NCBI GenBank assembly: GCA_965228735.1
Contig: OZ245838.1
Coordinates: forward strand, 2,464,001 to 2,528,000
Direction of reading: 5' to 3'
Length of the DNA stretch: 64,000 bases
Origin: Planctomycetota bacterium
GTDB lineage: Bacteria; Planctomycetota; UBA1135; UBA2386
The notes beneath the pieces are model-generated. The model saw only the letters and a list, made by a program, of their open reading frames with translations. It ran no database searches and was not told the origin of the DNA. Below, one piece after another: positions 1 through 10,677 of this stretch (within the stretch, counting starts at the first letter, position 1; each line of letters opens with the position of its first letter). A program made the translations under genes and the position numbers.

Positions 1-278
1 CCGCCACGGCTGCTCGTGAACGCGATGCGCTCACCGTCCGGATGGAACATCGGGTAGTCGTCGTCGCCCGGGTGCGTCGTGACCCGATGTGCCTCACCAC
101 CGCTCGCAGAACTGACCCAGATGTCGCCGCGCCAGGCGAACGCGATCTGCTGACCGTCGGGACTGATCGCCGGGTGCCGCGGCACCAGGATGCGACGGTC
201 GTCGTCGCTCTGCGCGAGCGCGGACGAGGCGAGGGACAGGGTCGTGCAGGCGATCGCGGCGAACAGGTTCGGAGTCAT
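1..278 (-). CDS. Tricorn-protease-like (S41) / PD40-repeat secreted protein, N-terminus only (runs off the window)
   Basis: Not in the ORF track; translated by hand from ATG 278: MTPNLFAAIACTTLSLASSALAQ (signal peptide), then RHPAISPDGQQIAFAWRGDIWV...RVTTHPGDDDYPMFHPDGERIAFTSSR, typical of the tricorn/TolB-type propeller start. Confidence 0.75.
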   Translation of the reverse strand, partial: MTPNLFAAIACTTLSLASSALAQSDDDRRILVPRHPAISPDGQQIAFAWRGDIWVSSASGGEAHRVTTHPGDDDYPMFHPDGERIAFTSSRG

Positions 279-440
279 TGGACGGTCTCGAAACGGGGTT
301 GGGGTCGGACCCGGTATACCAAGGTCCTGGGCCCAGTCGGGCTTCGAGCCCCGAGCATGCAGTTCCGTTACGTTCGTGGCCGCGGCCCGTTCGCGGCATG
401 GTGCGCACATGGCCGCTCCCCTAAGCTCCCGGCCGCCACC

Positions 441-970
441 ATGGAGTCCGGACGAGGCGCGCCGAACGCAGAGCTGGCCGCGATGTTCGAGCGGCTGTAC
501 GGCCGGCTGCAGGCGCGCGCCGGAGCGTTGCTCGCCGGCGAACGGCGCGGGCACACGCTCGAGCCGTCGGCGCTGCTGCACGAGGTCTACGTCCGGCTCG
601 AGGGCACGGCCGGGCTGGAGTGGCGCAGCGCGACGCACTTCGAAGCGCTGACGGCGCGCGTCATGCGCCAGGTGCTCGTCGATCACGCCAAAGCCGCCAC
701 GCGGCAGAAGCGAGGTGGCGGGGCGACCCGGGTGACGCTCGCAGAGACCCTGGTCGCGGGCGAGCCCGGGCTCGAGATCGAGATCCTCGCGCTGCACGAG
801 GCGCTCGACCGCCTCGCCGAGGAGGACCCGCGCGCGGCCGGCGTGCTCGAGCTGCGGCTGTTCTCGTCGATGACGGTGCGCGAGGTCGCGACCGCGCTCG
901 AGCTGTCGTACGACGAGGCCAAGAACGACTGGCTCTTTGCGCGGGCGTGGATCGCGCGCGAGCTGCGGCG

Positions 971-974
<4 letters not shown>
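441..974 (+). CDS. ECF RNA polymerase sigma factor, TIGR02999-like (kinase-associated)
   Basis: ERRGHTLEPSALLHEVYVRL, MRQVLVDHAK..KRGGG, ALHEALDRL, region-4 HTH ending DWLFARAWI; ATG 441 follows TAAGCT; stop overlaps the kinase start (ATGA). Confidence 0.9.
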
Positions 975-3115
<2,141 letters not shown>

Positions 3116-3241
3116 ACCGCAGGTGGGGCCCTGGTTCGGGCCGCAGGGTGAGCCACGGTTTTTCTCGGATTCTCGCCCCACGTGGTCCCGCGATGTCGCG
3201 TCGCTGTCGGGTGCCTTTGCCCGATCGACCTCGCGACCAAC

Positions 3242-4366
3242 ATGATCCACCGCCTCCTCTCCCGTTGCCCGGCCCTGTTCACTCTCGCCCTCGTCCCGGC
3301 CCTCGCGTCGCAGACCCCGGTTGCGCTCGGGGACGCGGCCCGCGTGGCCAACATCACGAGCCCGGCCCAGAGCGACACCTACTTCTTCTCCGGCACGCAA
3401 GGGGACACGCTGCGCGTCGTGTTCAGCAGCCAGAACTCGGGCTACCCGAGCTACTCGTACTACCATCAGCTCGAACTGCGGCAGGGCACGACCGTGATCG
3501 GCAACGTGATCGCCGGTCTCGGCACCGAGACGGTGACGCTGCCCAACACCGGCTACTACACGCTGCACGTTCGCGCGCAGAACAACCAATCGACCGGTTG
3601 GTACGGCTTCAAGCTCGACCGGGTGAACGACCCGGTCGGCGCCGATCGCATGGCGCTCGACTGGAACCTCGAGGGTTCGCTGACGAGCGCGGCGGACTTC
3701 GCGGTGTACCAGATCCGGGCGGTCGCGGGCAGCCAGGCGCAGCTGACGTTCACGAGCGAGAACAGCGGCTACCCGAGCTACAACTACTACCACTACGCCG
3801 AGCTGCTCGGCGACGACGGCACGCAGATCGCGGCGGTGCAGGGCAACGGCGCGGCTCCGATCACGTTCACCGAGACCGGGGTCTACACGCTGTTCGTCGC
3901 CGCACAGAACTGGCAGAGCACCGGGTGGTACGCGGCCGCGCTCGAGTGTCAGTCGTGGCCGGTGACGGCGTGTGACGACGCAGCGCACAGCAGCAACTTC
4001 GGCGCGGGCCTGGCCGGGACCAACGGCGTGCCGAGCCTGACCACCGCAGCACCGCCGCAACTCGGCGCCATGCTCGATGTCAACGTCGGCAGCTCCGCGA
4101 CGCAGCCGACCACGGCGCTGCTGCTCATCGGCCTGAGCTCCGCGAACGATCCGCTGGCCGGCTACGGCGGCACGGTCCTGGTCGCCAACCCGACGCTGCA
4201 CGTGCTCTCCGGCGTGGCGCCGTCCGGCAGCACCCTGCAGTTCCCGATCCCCAACGACGCGCTGCTGCTCGGCCTCGGTTTCGCGGCGCAGAGTCTCGTC
4301 GTCGACGCGGGCGCGGTGAACGGGTTCGCGTTCTCGCCGGGACTGCTCGTTCTGTTGGGGAACTGA
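3242..4366 (+). CDS. Secreted protein with two PPC-like beta-sandwich repeats and the shared CTD
   Basis: Signal peptide ending ALA-SQ; internal duplication (NSGYPSYSYYH / NSGYPSYNYYH; AQNNQSTGWY / AQNWQSTGWY); CTD motifs PPQLG, PIPNDALLLG, AQ, SPGLLVLLGN-stop. Confidence 0.75.
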   Translation: MIHRLLSRCPALFTLALVPALASQTPVALGDAARVANITSPAQSDTYFFSGTQGDTLRVVFSSQNSGYPSYSYYHQLELRQGTTVIGNVIAGLGTETVTLPNTGYYTLHVRAQNNQSTGWYGFKLDRVNDPVGADRMALDWNLEGSLTSAADFAVYQIRAVAGSQAQLTFTSENSGYPSYNYYHYAELLGDDGTQIAAVQGNGAAPITFTETGVYTLFVAAQNWQSTGWYAAALECQSWPVTACDDAAHSSNFGAGLAGTNGVPSLTTAAPPQLGAMLDVNVGSSATQPTTALLLIGLSSANDPLAGYGGTVLVANPTLHVLSGVAPSGSTLQFPIPNDALLLGLGFAAQSLVVDAGAVNGFAFSPGLLVLLGN

Positions 4367-4404
4367 GCGGGCGGCAGCGCGGGATCTCACGCGCCGGCGA
4401 ATCG

Positions 4405-7400
4405 TCACTTCGTCAGCGTCATGTCGACCACGCCGCTGGCCGGGATCGACGCCCGCACGTTGCCGCTCCACCCGTCGGTCGTTCGGAACCGCAGTCGCAG
4501 CGTTCCCGCGGGCAACAGCACGCGCGCGGTCTCGTTGCCGGGCGGTCGTGCCAGATCGTGGCGCAGGACCTCGCGGCCGTCGGTGTCCTCGGCGATCAGG
4601 GTGCCGGTCCGCCGGCAGACGCCGGCCACCAGGAAACGTAGCTCGCACACGTGCGCGGGGTCGACACTCAGCTCGGCGCGTGTCGTCGATCCGCTCGTGA
4701 TCGCGAACTCGGCGGCGCCGACGAACGGCTTCGTCCCGCCACGCCGCAAGCTGACCCGATAGCCCGTCCCGGGCGGCAGGGTGTCCCACTGCGCCTGCTG
4801 ATTCGCGAGTCGAACGCTGCTCAGGAACCGCCCCTCGAGATACAGGTTGGCCACGCCGTTCGTGACATCACCGCCGGTGATGTTCACGACGGCACCGCCA
4901 GGTGTCGGGAGACGGACGTCGCCGAGGTCCACCGTCTGGTTCGGCAGCAGCTCGTGTTCACCGAGGTCGGCGATCACGACACCCTGGCGCCGCACCGCGA
5001 TCCGAATGCGCCCGGCCTTGCTCGGCCCGATGGCGAACTCACCGTTCTGCTCGACCCCGGCGAAATGGCCCATCGCTCCACCCACCCCGCTGCCGAGCGG
5101 CGTGACGGTCAGGTGCACCCGGGTCGCCGGCGCGCCATCCGCTTCGAGCAGCCGACCGCGCAGCCGCGCCGTTCTCGCCTCGCCCGGCGCGACCCGAAGA
5201 ACGAGCTCGGAGCCCACCGGCACGCCGCGTTGACCGACCCGCAGGGCGCCCTGACCCGGGTGCATGACCTCGGCGGTCACGGCATAGATGGCGTCCGCTC
5301 GCAGCGGGCCGATCATGAACTTGCCGCTGGCGTCCGTTCGGCCGGTCGCGTTGTCACGCTGCTGCCGCATGTTGGCGCAGGCGACGTACGCGCCAACCGC
5401 CGGCTTGCCGTCGACGCCGAGCACCACGCCGGTGATCGCCGGGCGCTTCGAGAGCAGCGGGTGCCAGGTGTATTCGGACCCCGACTCCAGCGTCAGCTCG
5501 GTCGTGCACGAACCGATCCCCTCCTTCCACGCCGTCAGCTCGACCGCGCCGCTCGGCAGGCTGTTCAGCTCGAAGCGACCGGCGGCATCCGTCGTGCTGC
5601 TCGACGACGCCAGCTCTGCGAGCGACCCGTGGTGCACCAACGCGTTCGGCACCGGCGTGCCGGTCTCGTCGGTCACGACACCGCGAACCGTTGGCGCGAC
5701 CTGCAGCCGCACGACAGCGCGGGTCACGGCGCTCGGCAGCAGCTCGTGCACACCATGCCATGGCGAGAAGCCTCTCGCCCGCACCTGCAAGGGCAACCTG
5801 CCGAGCGGCAGCGGCCCGAGCTCGGCCAGGCCACGCGCATCGGACGTACCCCGCTGCGGCGGCGGTGTCGCGCGGGTCATCGTCATGTCCAGCAGGTTTG
5901 GTGTCTCCGGCCCCGCGAGCACGTGGGCGTCGGCGATCGGCGAGCCCGCGGCATCGCGGACCTCGACGACCAGGGCGCTGCCTTCCGCCGTGAGCTGCAG
6001 CTCGACCTCGATGCCTTCGGGTGGCGCCGTGCCAGAACACGCGTAGATCGTCGGCGAAGGACCGAACCCGCGCTTGCTCGCCGACAGGCACTGCCGTTTG
6101 CCGAGGCGCGTCTCGAAGTTCCCGGCCGCATCCGTGCGGATCGTGTAGTTCCCGAACTGCCCGCGCCCGGGTCGACCGCCACGGGCCCGCGTCCGATACG
6201 TGATGTCGGAGGAGACCCAGACGTCGGCGTCCGGCACTCCGACGCCTTGTGGATCGACCACCTTGCCGCGCACGATGCCCCACGCTTCGAGCTCCAGGGC
6301 GACTGCGGTCGTCTCGCTCGATCGGACCGTCACCCGCTCGTGCTGGCCGGTGCTCGCGAACACCGTCACCTCGCCCACCGGAACATCCTCGATCGCGCAG
6401 CTCCCCGCGGCATCGGTCAACGCGCGCCGGGGCTGCAACTCCGCGAGCGACTCCCGCGCGCAGACGATCTCGATCGATTGCCGCACCGCCGGGGCGCCGT
6501 CGCTCTGCCAGCGCACCTGCACCTCGACTCGGCCAACGGGCGCCGTCGCGCCCCCTCGACTCCCGGAGGATGCCGCGGCGCGCATGGGTTCGCCCGACGA
6601 ATCGGTCGACGCATTCGGGTTGGCGGTGCTCGCGATCTCGGGACCACGACTCGCTGCCGGGTTCGACTCCGGCGCGATGGACTCCGCGCCGCGGTTGGTG
6701 AGCCACAACCCGAGCGCGACCAGGGCAGCGCCGATCATTCCGGCGAGGACCAGTTTCTTGTTCATGATTCCTGCTCCGAGCATGGCCGTCGCCCAGGTCG
6801 ACGCAGCCGGTGTCGTCGTCACGGCGAGTGGCTGGATCGCCGCGTCGCGCACGCGCGCGAGCACCGCCGTTCGTATCGCGGGCAACGCGTCGAGCGTCAC
6901 GGCCGTGGCGATCACGCTGGCAACAAAGCCGGACGGCAACCGCTTGCGCAGCATCTCCAGCCCGCGCGCGATCTGCGCTCGCACGGTCCCCGCCGGACGG
7001 TCGAGCAGCCTGGCGATCTCGTTGGCGCTCGATCCATGATCGAGATAGAGCTCCAGCACCGAACGATACGGCTGGCCGAGGCCGTCGCGGGCGCTCTCGA
7101 ACGCCGCGCGAAACTCCTGCAACTCCGCCGCTGCCGCCGGATCGCGATCCGGCTTCTCGAACGATCGGACGGGCCGCTGCGCCCGCCGACGTTCGGCCCG
7201 CGCGAGGTTCGCGACGATGCCGCACAACCACGGCATGACCGCGCGAGTCGTGTCGAACTCGGCGCGACGTTCGAGCGCAACGAGGAACGTGCTCTGCACC
7301 AGGTCCTCGGCACCCTGCCGGTCGTGGGCCAGGTAGGCCGCGATCTTCAGCAGCTCAGGCGCGGTGGCGTCGAACACGACACCGAGCGCGCGCGCATCGC

Positions 7401-7452
7401 CCGTCCGCAGGAAGCGACGGAACTGCCGATCGATTCGGGACAGCCGGAACAT
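4405..7452 (-). CDS. ECF sigma factor fused to a TM helix and tandem carboxypeptidase-regulatory-like (Ig/beta-sandwich) repeats
   Basis: Sigma-2 GAEDLVQSTFL...PWLCGIVANLAR; sigma-4 EIARLLDRPAGTVRAQIARGLEMLRKRL; TM LVLAGMIGAALVALGLWL; repeated GxVxDxxGxPVxxAxV...TDAAGxF units. Confidence 0.85.
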   Translation of the reverse strand: MFRLSRIDRQFRRFLRTGDARALGVVFDATAPELLKIAAYLAHDRQGAEDLVQSTFLVALERRAEFDTTRAVMPWLCGIVANLARAERRRAQRPVRSFEKPDRDPAAAAELQEFRAAFESARDGLGQPYRSVLELYLDHGSSANEIARLLDRPAGTVRAQIARGLEMLRKRLPSGFVASVIATAVTLDALPAIRTAVLARVRDAAIQPLAVTTTPAASTWATAMLGAGIMNKKLVLAGMIGAALVALGLWLTNRGAESIAPESNPAASRGPEIASTANPNASTDSSGEPMRAAASSGSRGGATAPVGRVEVQVRWQSDGAPAVRQSIEIVCARESLAELQPRRALTDAAGSCAIEDVPVGEVTVFASTGQHERVTVRSSETTAVALELEAWGIVRGKVVDPQGVGVPDADVWVSSDITYRTRARGGRPGRGQFGNYTIRTDAAGNFETRLGKRQCLSASKRGFGPSPTIYACSGTAPPEGIEVELQLTAEGSALVVEVRDAAGSPIADAHVLAGPETPNLLDMTMTRATPPPQRGTSDARGLAELGPLPLGRLPLQVRARGFSPWHGVHELLPSAVTRAVVRLQVAPTVRGVVTDETGTPVPNALVHHGSLAELASSSSTTDAAGRFELNSLPSGAVELTAWKEGIGSCTTELTLESGSEYTWHPLLSKRPAITGVVLGVDGKPAVGAYVACANMRQQRDNATGRTDASGKFMIGPLRADAIYAVTAEVMHPGQGALRVGQRGVPVGSELVLRVAPGEARTARLRGRLLEADGAPATRVHLTVTPLGSGVGGAMGHFAGVEQNGEFAIGPSKAGRIRIAVRRQGVVIADLGEHELLPNQTVDLGDVRLPTPGGAVVNITGGDVTNGVANLYLEGRFLSSVRLANQQAQWDTLPPGTGYRVSLRRGGTKPFVGAAEFAITSGSTTRAELSVDPAHVCELRFLVAGVCRRTGTLIAEDTDGREVLRHDLARPPGNETARVLLPAGTLRLRFRTTDGWSGNVRASIPASGVVDMTLTK

Positions 7453-7526
7453 GGATCACGGGTCCTTGCCCGTGCGTCCGATCATGCTGCACGAAATCCG
7501 GGCGCGTTCCCGGAACTACCGACGAA

Positions 7527-9702
7527 TCAATCGCCGATCACGAACGCCACGCCCGGCGTCAACCCGACCGCACTCGTGAGCGGATCGATCGTGCCGGCCT
7601 GCGCGTAGAACGTCAGGCCGCGGAACACCGGATCGTCCGGCAGTTCGAGCAGCTTGACCGCCAGGCCCTCGGCATCGGCGAACGCGAGCAGGCCGACCAG
7701 CTGCGGGCCGACGTCGAGCGTGCAACCGGGCACGAGCACGGTGCTGCCGGTCGAGCCGGACACGACGATGCCGCAGACGCCGAGCGGATCGGTCAGCACT
7801 TCGAAACCGAACTGCTCGCTGCCGATGGCCGGTCGCGTGCGCAGCGCCAATCGCGGTTCGGGCGAGCCGCAGCCGGAACCGAACGCCGACACGGCGGCCG
7901 GCGTGCTCGACCAGACCCGAACGAACTTGCTCTCGTTGAGCAGCAGCCGCTGCCGCGTCGAGTCGTAGGTCACGCGCGGGAAGTTGTTCGCTGCGAACTC
8001 GTCGTGCAGCAGCGTCCAGTCGACGCCGTCGTACGACCACAGTTCGCGCCGCGACGTGAAGTTCGCGGTGTTGTTGACGACGAGCACCAGACGTTGGGCG
8101 CCGTCGTCGTAGGCCATCGATGCCTGCGTGAGCACGTTGGCGGGTCCGGGCGCGGTCGAGGTGACGACCTGCTGCCAGTTCGACCCGTCCCACTCCCAGG
8201 TTTCGAGCCCCGCACCGCCGAACGACACGGTGCGCCCTCGCGCGCTGTCGTAGCCGAGCGCCAACACGCCCGGGCTCGGCGCGTTCGTCGGCTGCGGGTT
8301 CGTCCACGCCGCACCGTCCCACTCCCAGGTATCCGTCAGCGCCGTGTTGGCCGCATCGAAGCCACCGAACAGCACGGCGCGCGCGCGACCCGAATCGAAC
8401 GCGAACGCGGCCAGTCGACGCGGCGACGGGCTCGGCCCCGGTGGGTTGCGTTGCTGCCAGTTGGTGCCGTCGAACTCCCAGAGATCACCGACCTCCGTGT
8501 TGCCCGACTCGCCGCCGAACAGCACCCCGACCCCGCGCACCGAATCGAACGTCGACGCCGCCAACCAGCGGCGGGACGGCCGCACCGCCGGCGCGAGCAG
8601 CTCCCACTCGTTGCCGTTCCAGCTCCACGTCTCGTCGCTCTGGAGGACGGCGCTCACGTCGTAGCCGCCGAACATGGTCAGCCGATCGCGCCAGGAGTCG
8701 TACCACAGCGCGTAGTTGCCGCGCTGCCGCGGCCGCGCCTCGTCGTGCGCCGGCACCGCCTGCGCGCCGTCCCAGAGCCACGTCGACGTGAACGGGAAGG
8801 AGAACGCGTCGACCCCACCCGAGATCGCGACGCCGCCGCGATCGGGATCGAACCACGCCTTGGCGGCCGATCGCGCGATCGCCGGCTCGGAACCCGCGAG
8901 GCTCCACGTGCCGGATCGTTCTTCCCAGATCTCGTCCGACAGCCCCCATGCCGGCGCCGTCAGCCGCCCACCGGCCATCACGAGCGCCTGCCGTACCGGG
9001 TCGTAGGCGAACGCCACGCCACTGCGCGACAGCGGTGCACCGGTCGCGGGGATCGCGACCCAGGCGGCGCCGGTCCAGCGCCACAGGGTCACCGGCAACG
9101 CCTGGGACTGGGAACTCGCCATCCGCGCCATCACGACCGCACCGCGCTGGTGGTCGTAGGCCGCGATGTTGTCGAAACCGACCGGTCCGGAGCCGGCGAC
9201 CTGCGTCCACTGGTCGCCGTCGAGCTCCCAGGTGTCCTGCCGCCGGATCGTGCTGCTGTAGCTGGTATCGCCACCGAACAACACGGCCCGGTCGCGAACC
9301 TCGTCGTAGACCATCACGGCTCGTCCGCGACCGGTCGGTCGCGCCGCCGACGGCACGGCGCGCCACCGGCCGCCGTCCCAACTCCAGGTGTCGTCGAGGA
9401 AGGGCCCGCCGACCGGGGAGCCGCCGTACAACAGCACGCGACTGCGCGCCGGGTCGTAGACCATGTGGCCGAACGCCCGGTACGAGGGTGCGGGCTGATT
9501 GTCGACGACCGGGCGATGCAGCAACCCGAAGCGGTCGCGTTCCCAGACGTCGCCGTGATCGCCGAGGATGACCTCACGCTGACGCCGCGTGTCGAACGCC
9601 ATCGCGGCCCGCGATCGGTCCGGGCCGAAAAAGGAGCTGCCACTCCTGGGCCGAGGCGGTCGCAGAAGCGAGGGTCACGAAAAGCAAGAAAGTCACACGC
9701 AT
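7527..9702 (-). CDS. Secreted Kelch-like (TWxWDGxxW repeat) propeller protein with the shared CTD; signal peptide is out of frame (one extra T in the run at 9628-9632)
   Basis: ORF 7527..9602 has many LFGG...DTWEWDG repeats and the CTD (FGSGC...PGC...FYAQ...VIGD). ATG 9702 gives MRVTFLLFVTLASATASAQEW, 100 nt upstream and one base out of frame. Confidence 0.8.
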
Positions 9703-9986
9703 GGTCTCGTCCCCAGGCTGGATTCACGAACAGGCTCAGCGCCGTCACGCCATCCGTCAACTCCCGTGCCGTTCGGCGCTCGACCGCACACGGCCCGCAA
9801 GAGCGCGGACGTGCGGCAAGCCCAGCCGGCGACCCGACGCCTGACGTGTCGGTCAAGCGACGCGCGGCTCACCGAACGGCCCTTCACGCCACCCGCCTCC
9901 CGCCAAGGAGCGACCGGTCCCGCCCGCCGGCCGCGAGAACCCGCGTTTTCTTGTCCAGCCGAGCGGGCGCCAACCACCGGGTTCGC

Positions 9987-10560
9987 ATGAACGTTCTCCG
10001 CGTCCTCGTCAGTTCTCTCGCCGCAGCGGCGGCGGTCGGCTCGACCCCGCTCCCGCCCCAGCAGGCCCCGATCCAGCAGGCACCCGCAGCCTCGGCGCAG
10101 GCGGCGATCGGCAGCTACCGGATCCCGGTGCACACCGCCGAAAGCGACTTCGGTCACGAGTACGGCATCTGGGCGGGCGCCCGCGACTACAAGGCGTCGT
10201 TCCACGACGGCATGACGTTCATCCCGCGGCTCGGCGGCGACTATCCGCACAACCAGCCGTGGTCGTGGCGCACGACCTCGGTGCGGCGTGGCGAACGCGA
10301 GCTGCTGGCTGCCGGCGAGGTGCCGAACCACACGTCACACGACTACCGCTACGAGTATGGGTTCGGCGCGTTCACCTAAGCCTACGACGTGCTCGAGGAC
10401 GGCCTCGAACAGACGTTCGTGTTCGACACGTTACCCGGCGAGATCCCGGCGGCCGTCAGCGGCGCCGTGACGCGCGCCTGTCGGCGCGAGCTGCACCGCC
10501 AGCTCGACGAGCTCGAGCCCCAGGACCGCGAGATCCTGTTGCTCCGCGGCATCGGGCAAT
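9987..10560 (+). pseudogene. Chimeric remnant: N-terminus of a paralog of the 49502 secreted protein with an in-frame TAA, fused to an ECF sigma C-terminal fragment
   Basis: YGIW...YKASFHDGMTFIPRLGGDYPHNQP matches the 49502 protein; TAA 10377-10379 sits at the E of TEAYD; the frame continues AYDVLEDGLEQTFVF, then switches to LDELEPQDREILLLRGI. Confidence 0.75.
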
Positions 10561-10677
10561 CGGGTTTCCGCCGTCCCGGCACCCGCGCGACGCACGCGAC
10601 TCCGACCCCGCCGTACAACCCGCGCCGCATCCGTTGCCGAGCTACGATGCGGATCGCTTGTTGCAGGAGTGATCGCC

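Noticed and set aside
10377..10379. Stop-codon readthrough or recoding at the in-frame stop
   Set aside because: The codon is TAA rather than TGA or TAG, and the downstream frame is itself truncated and chimeric, so pseudogenisation or a base error is simpler
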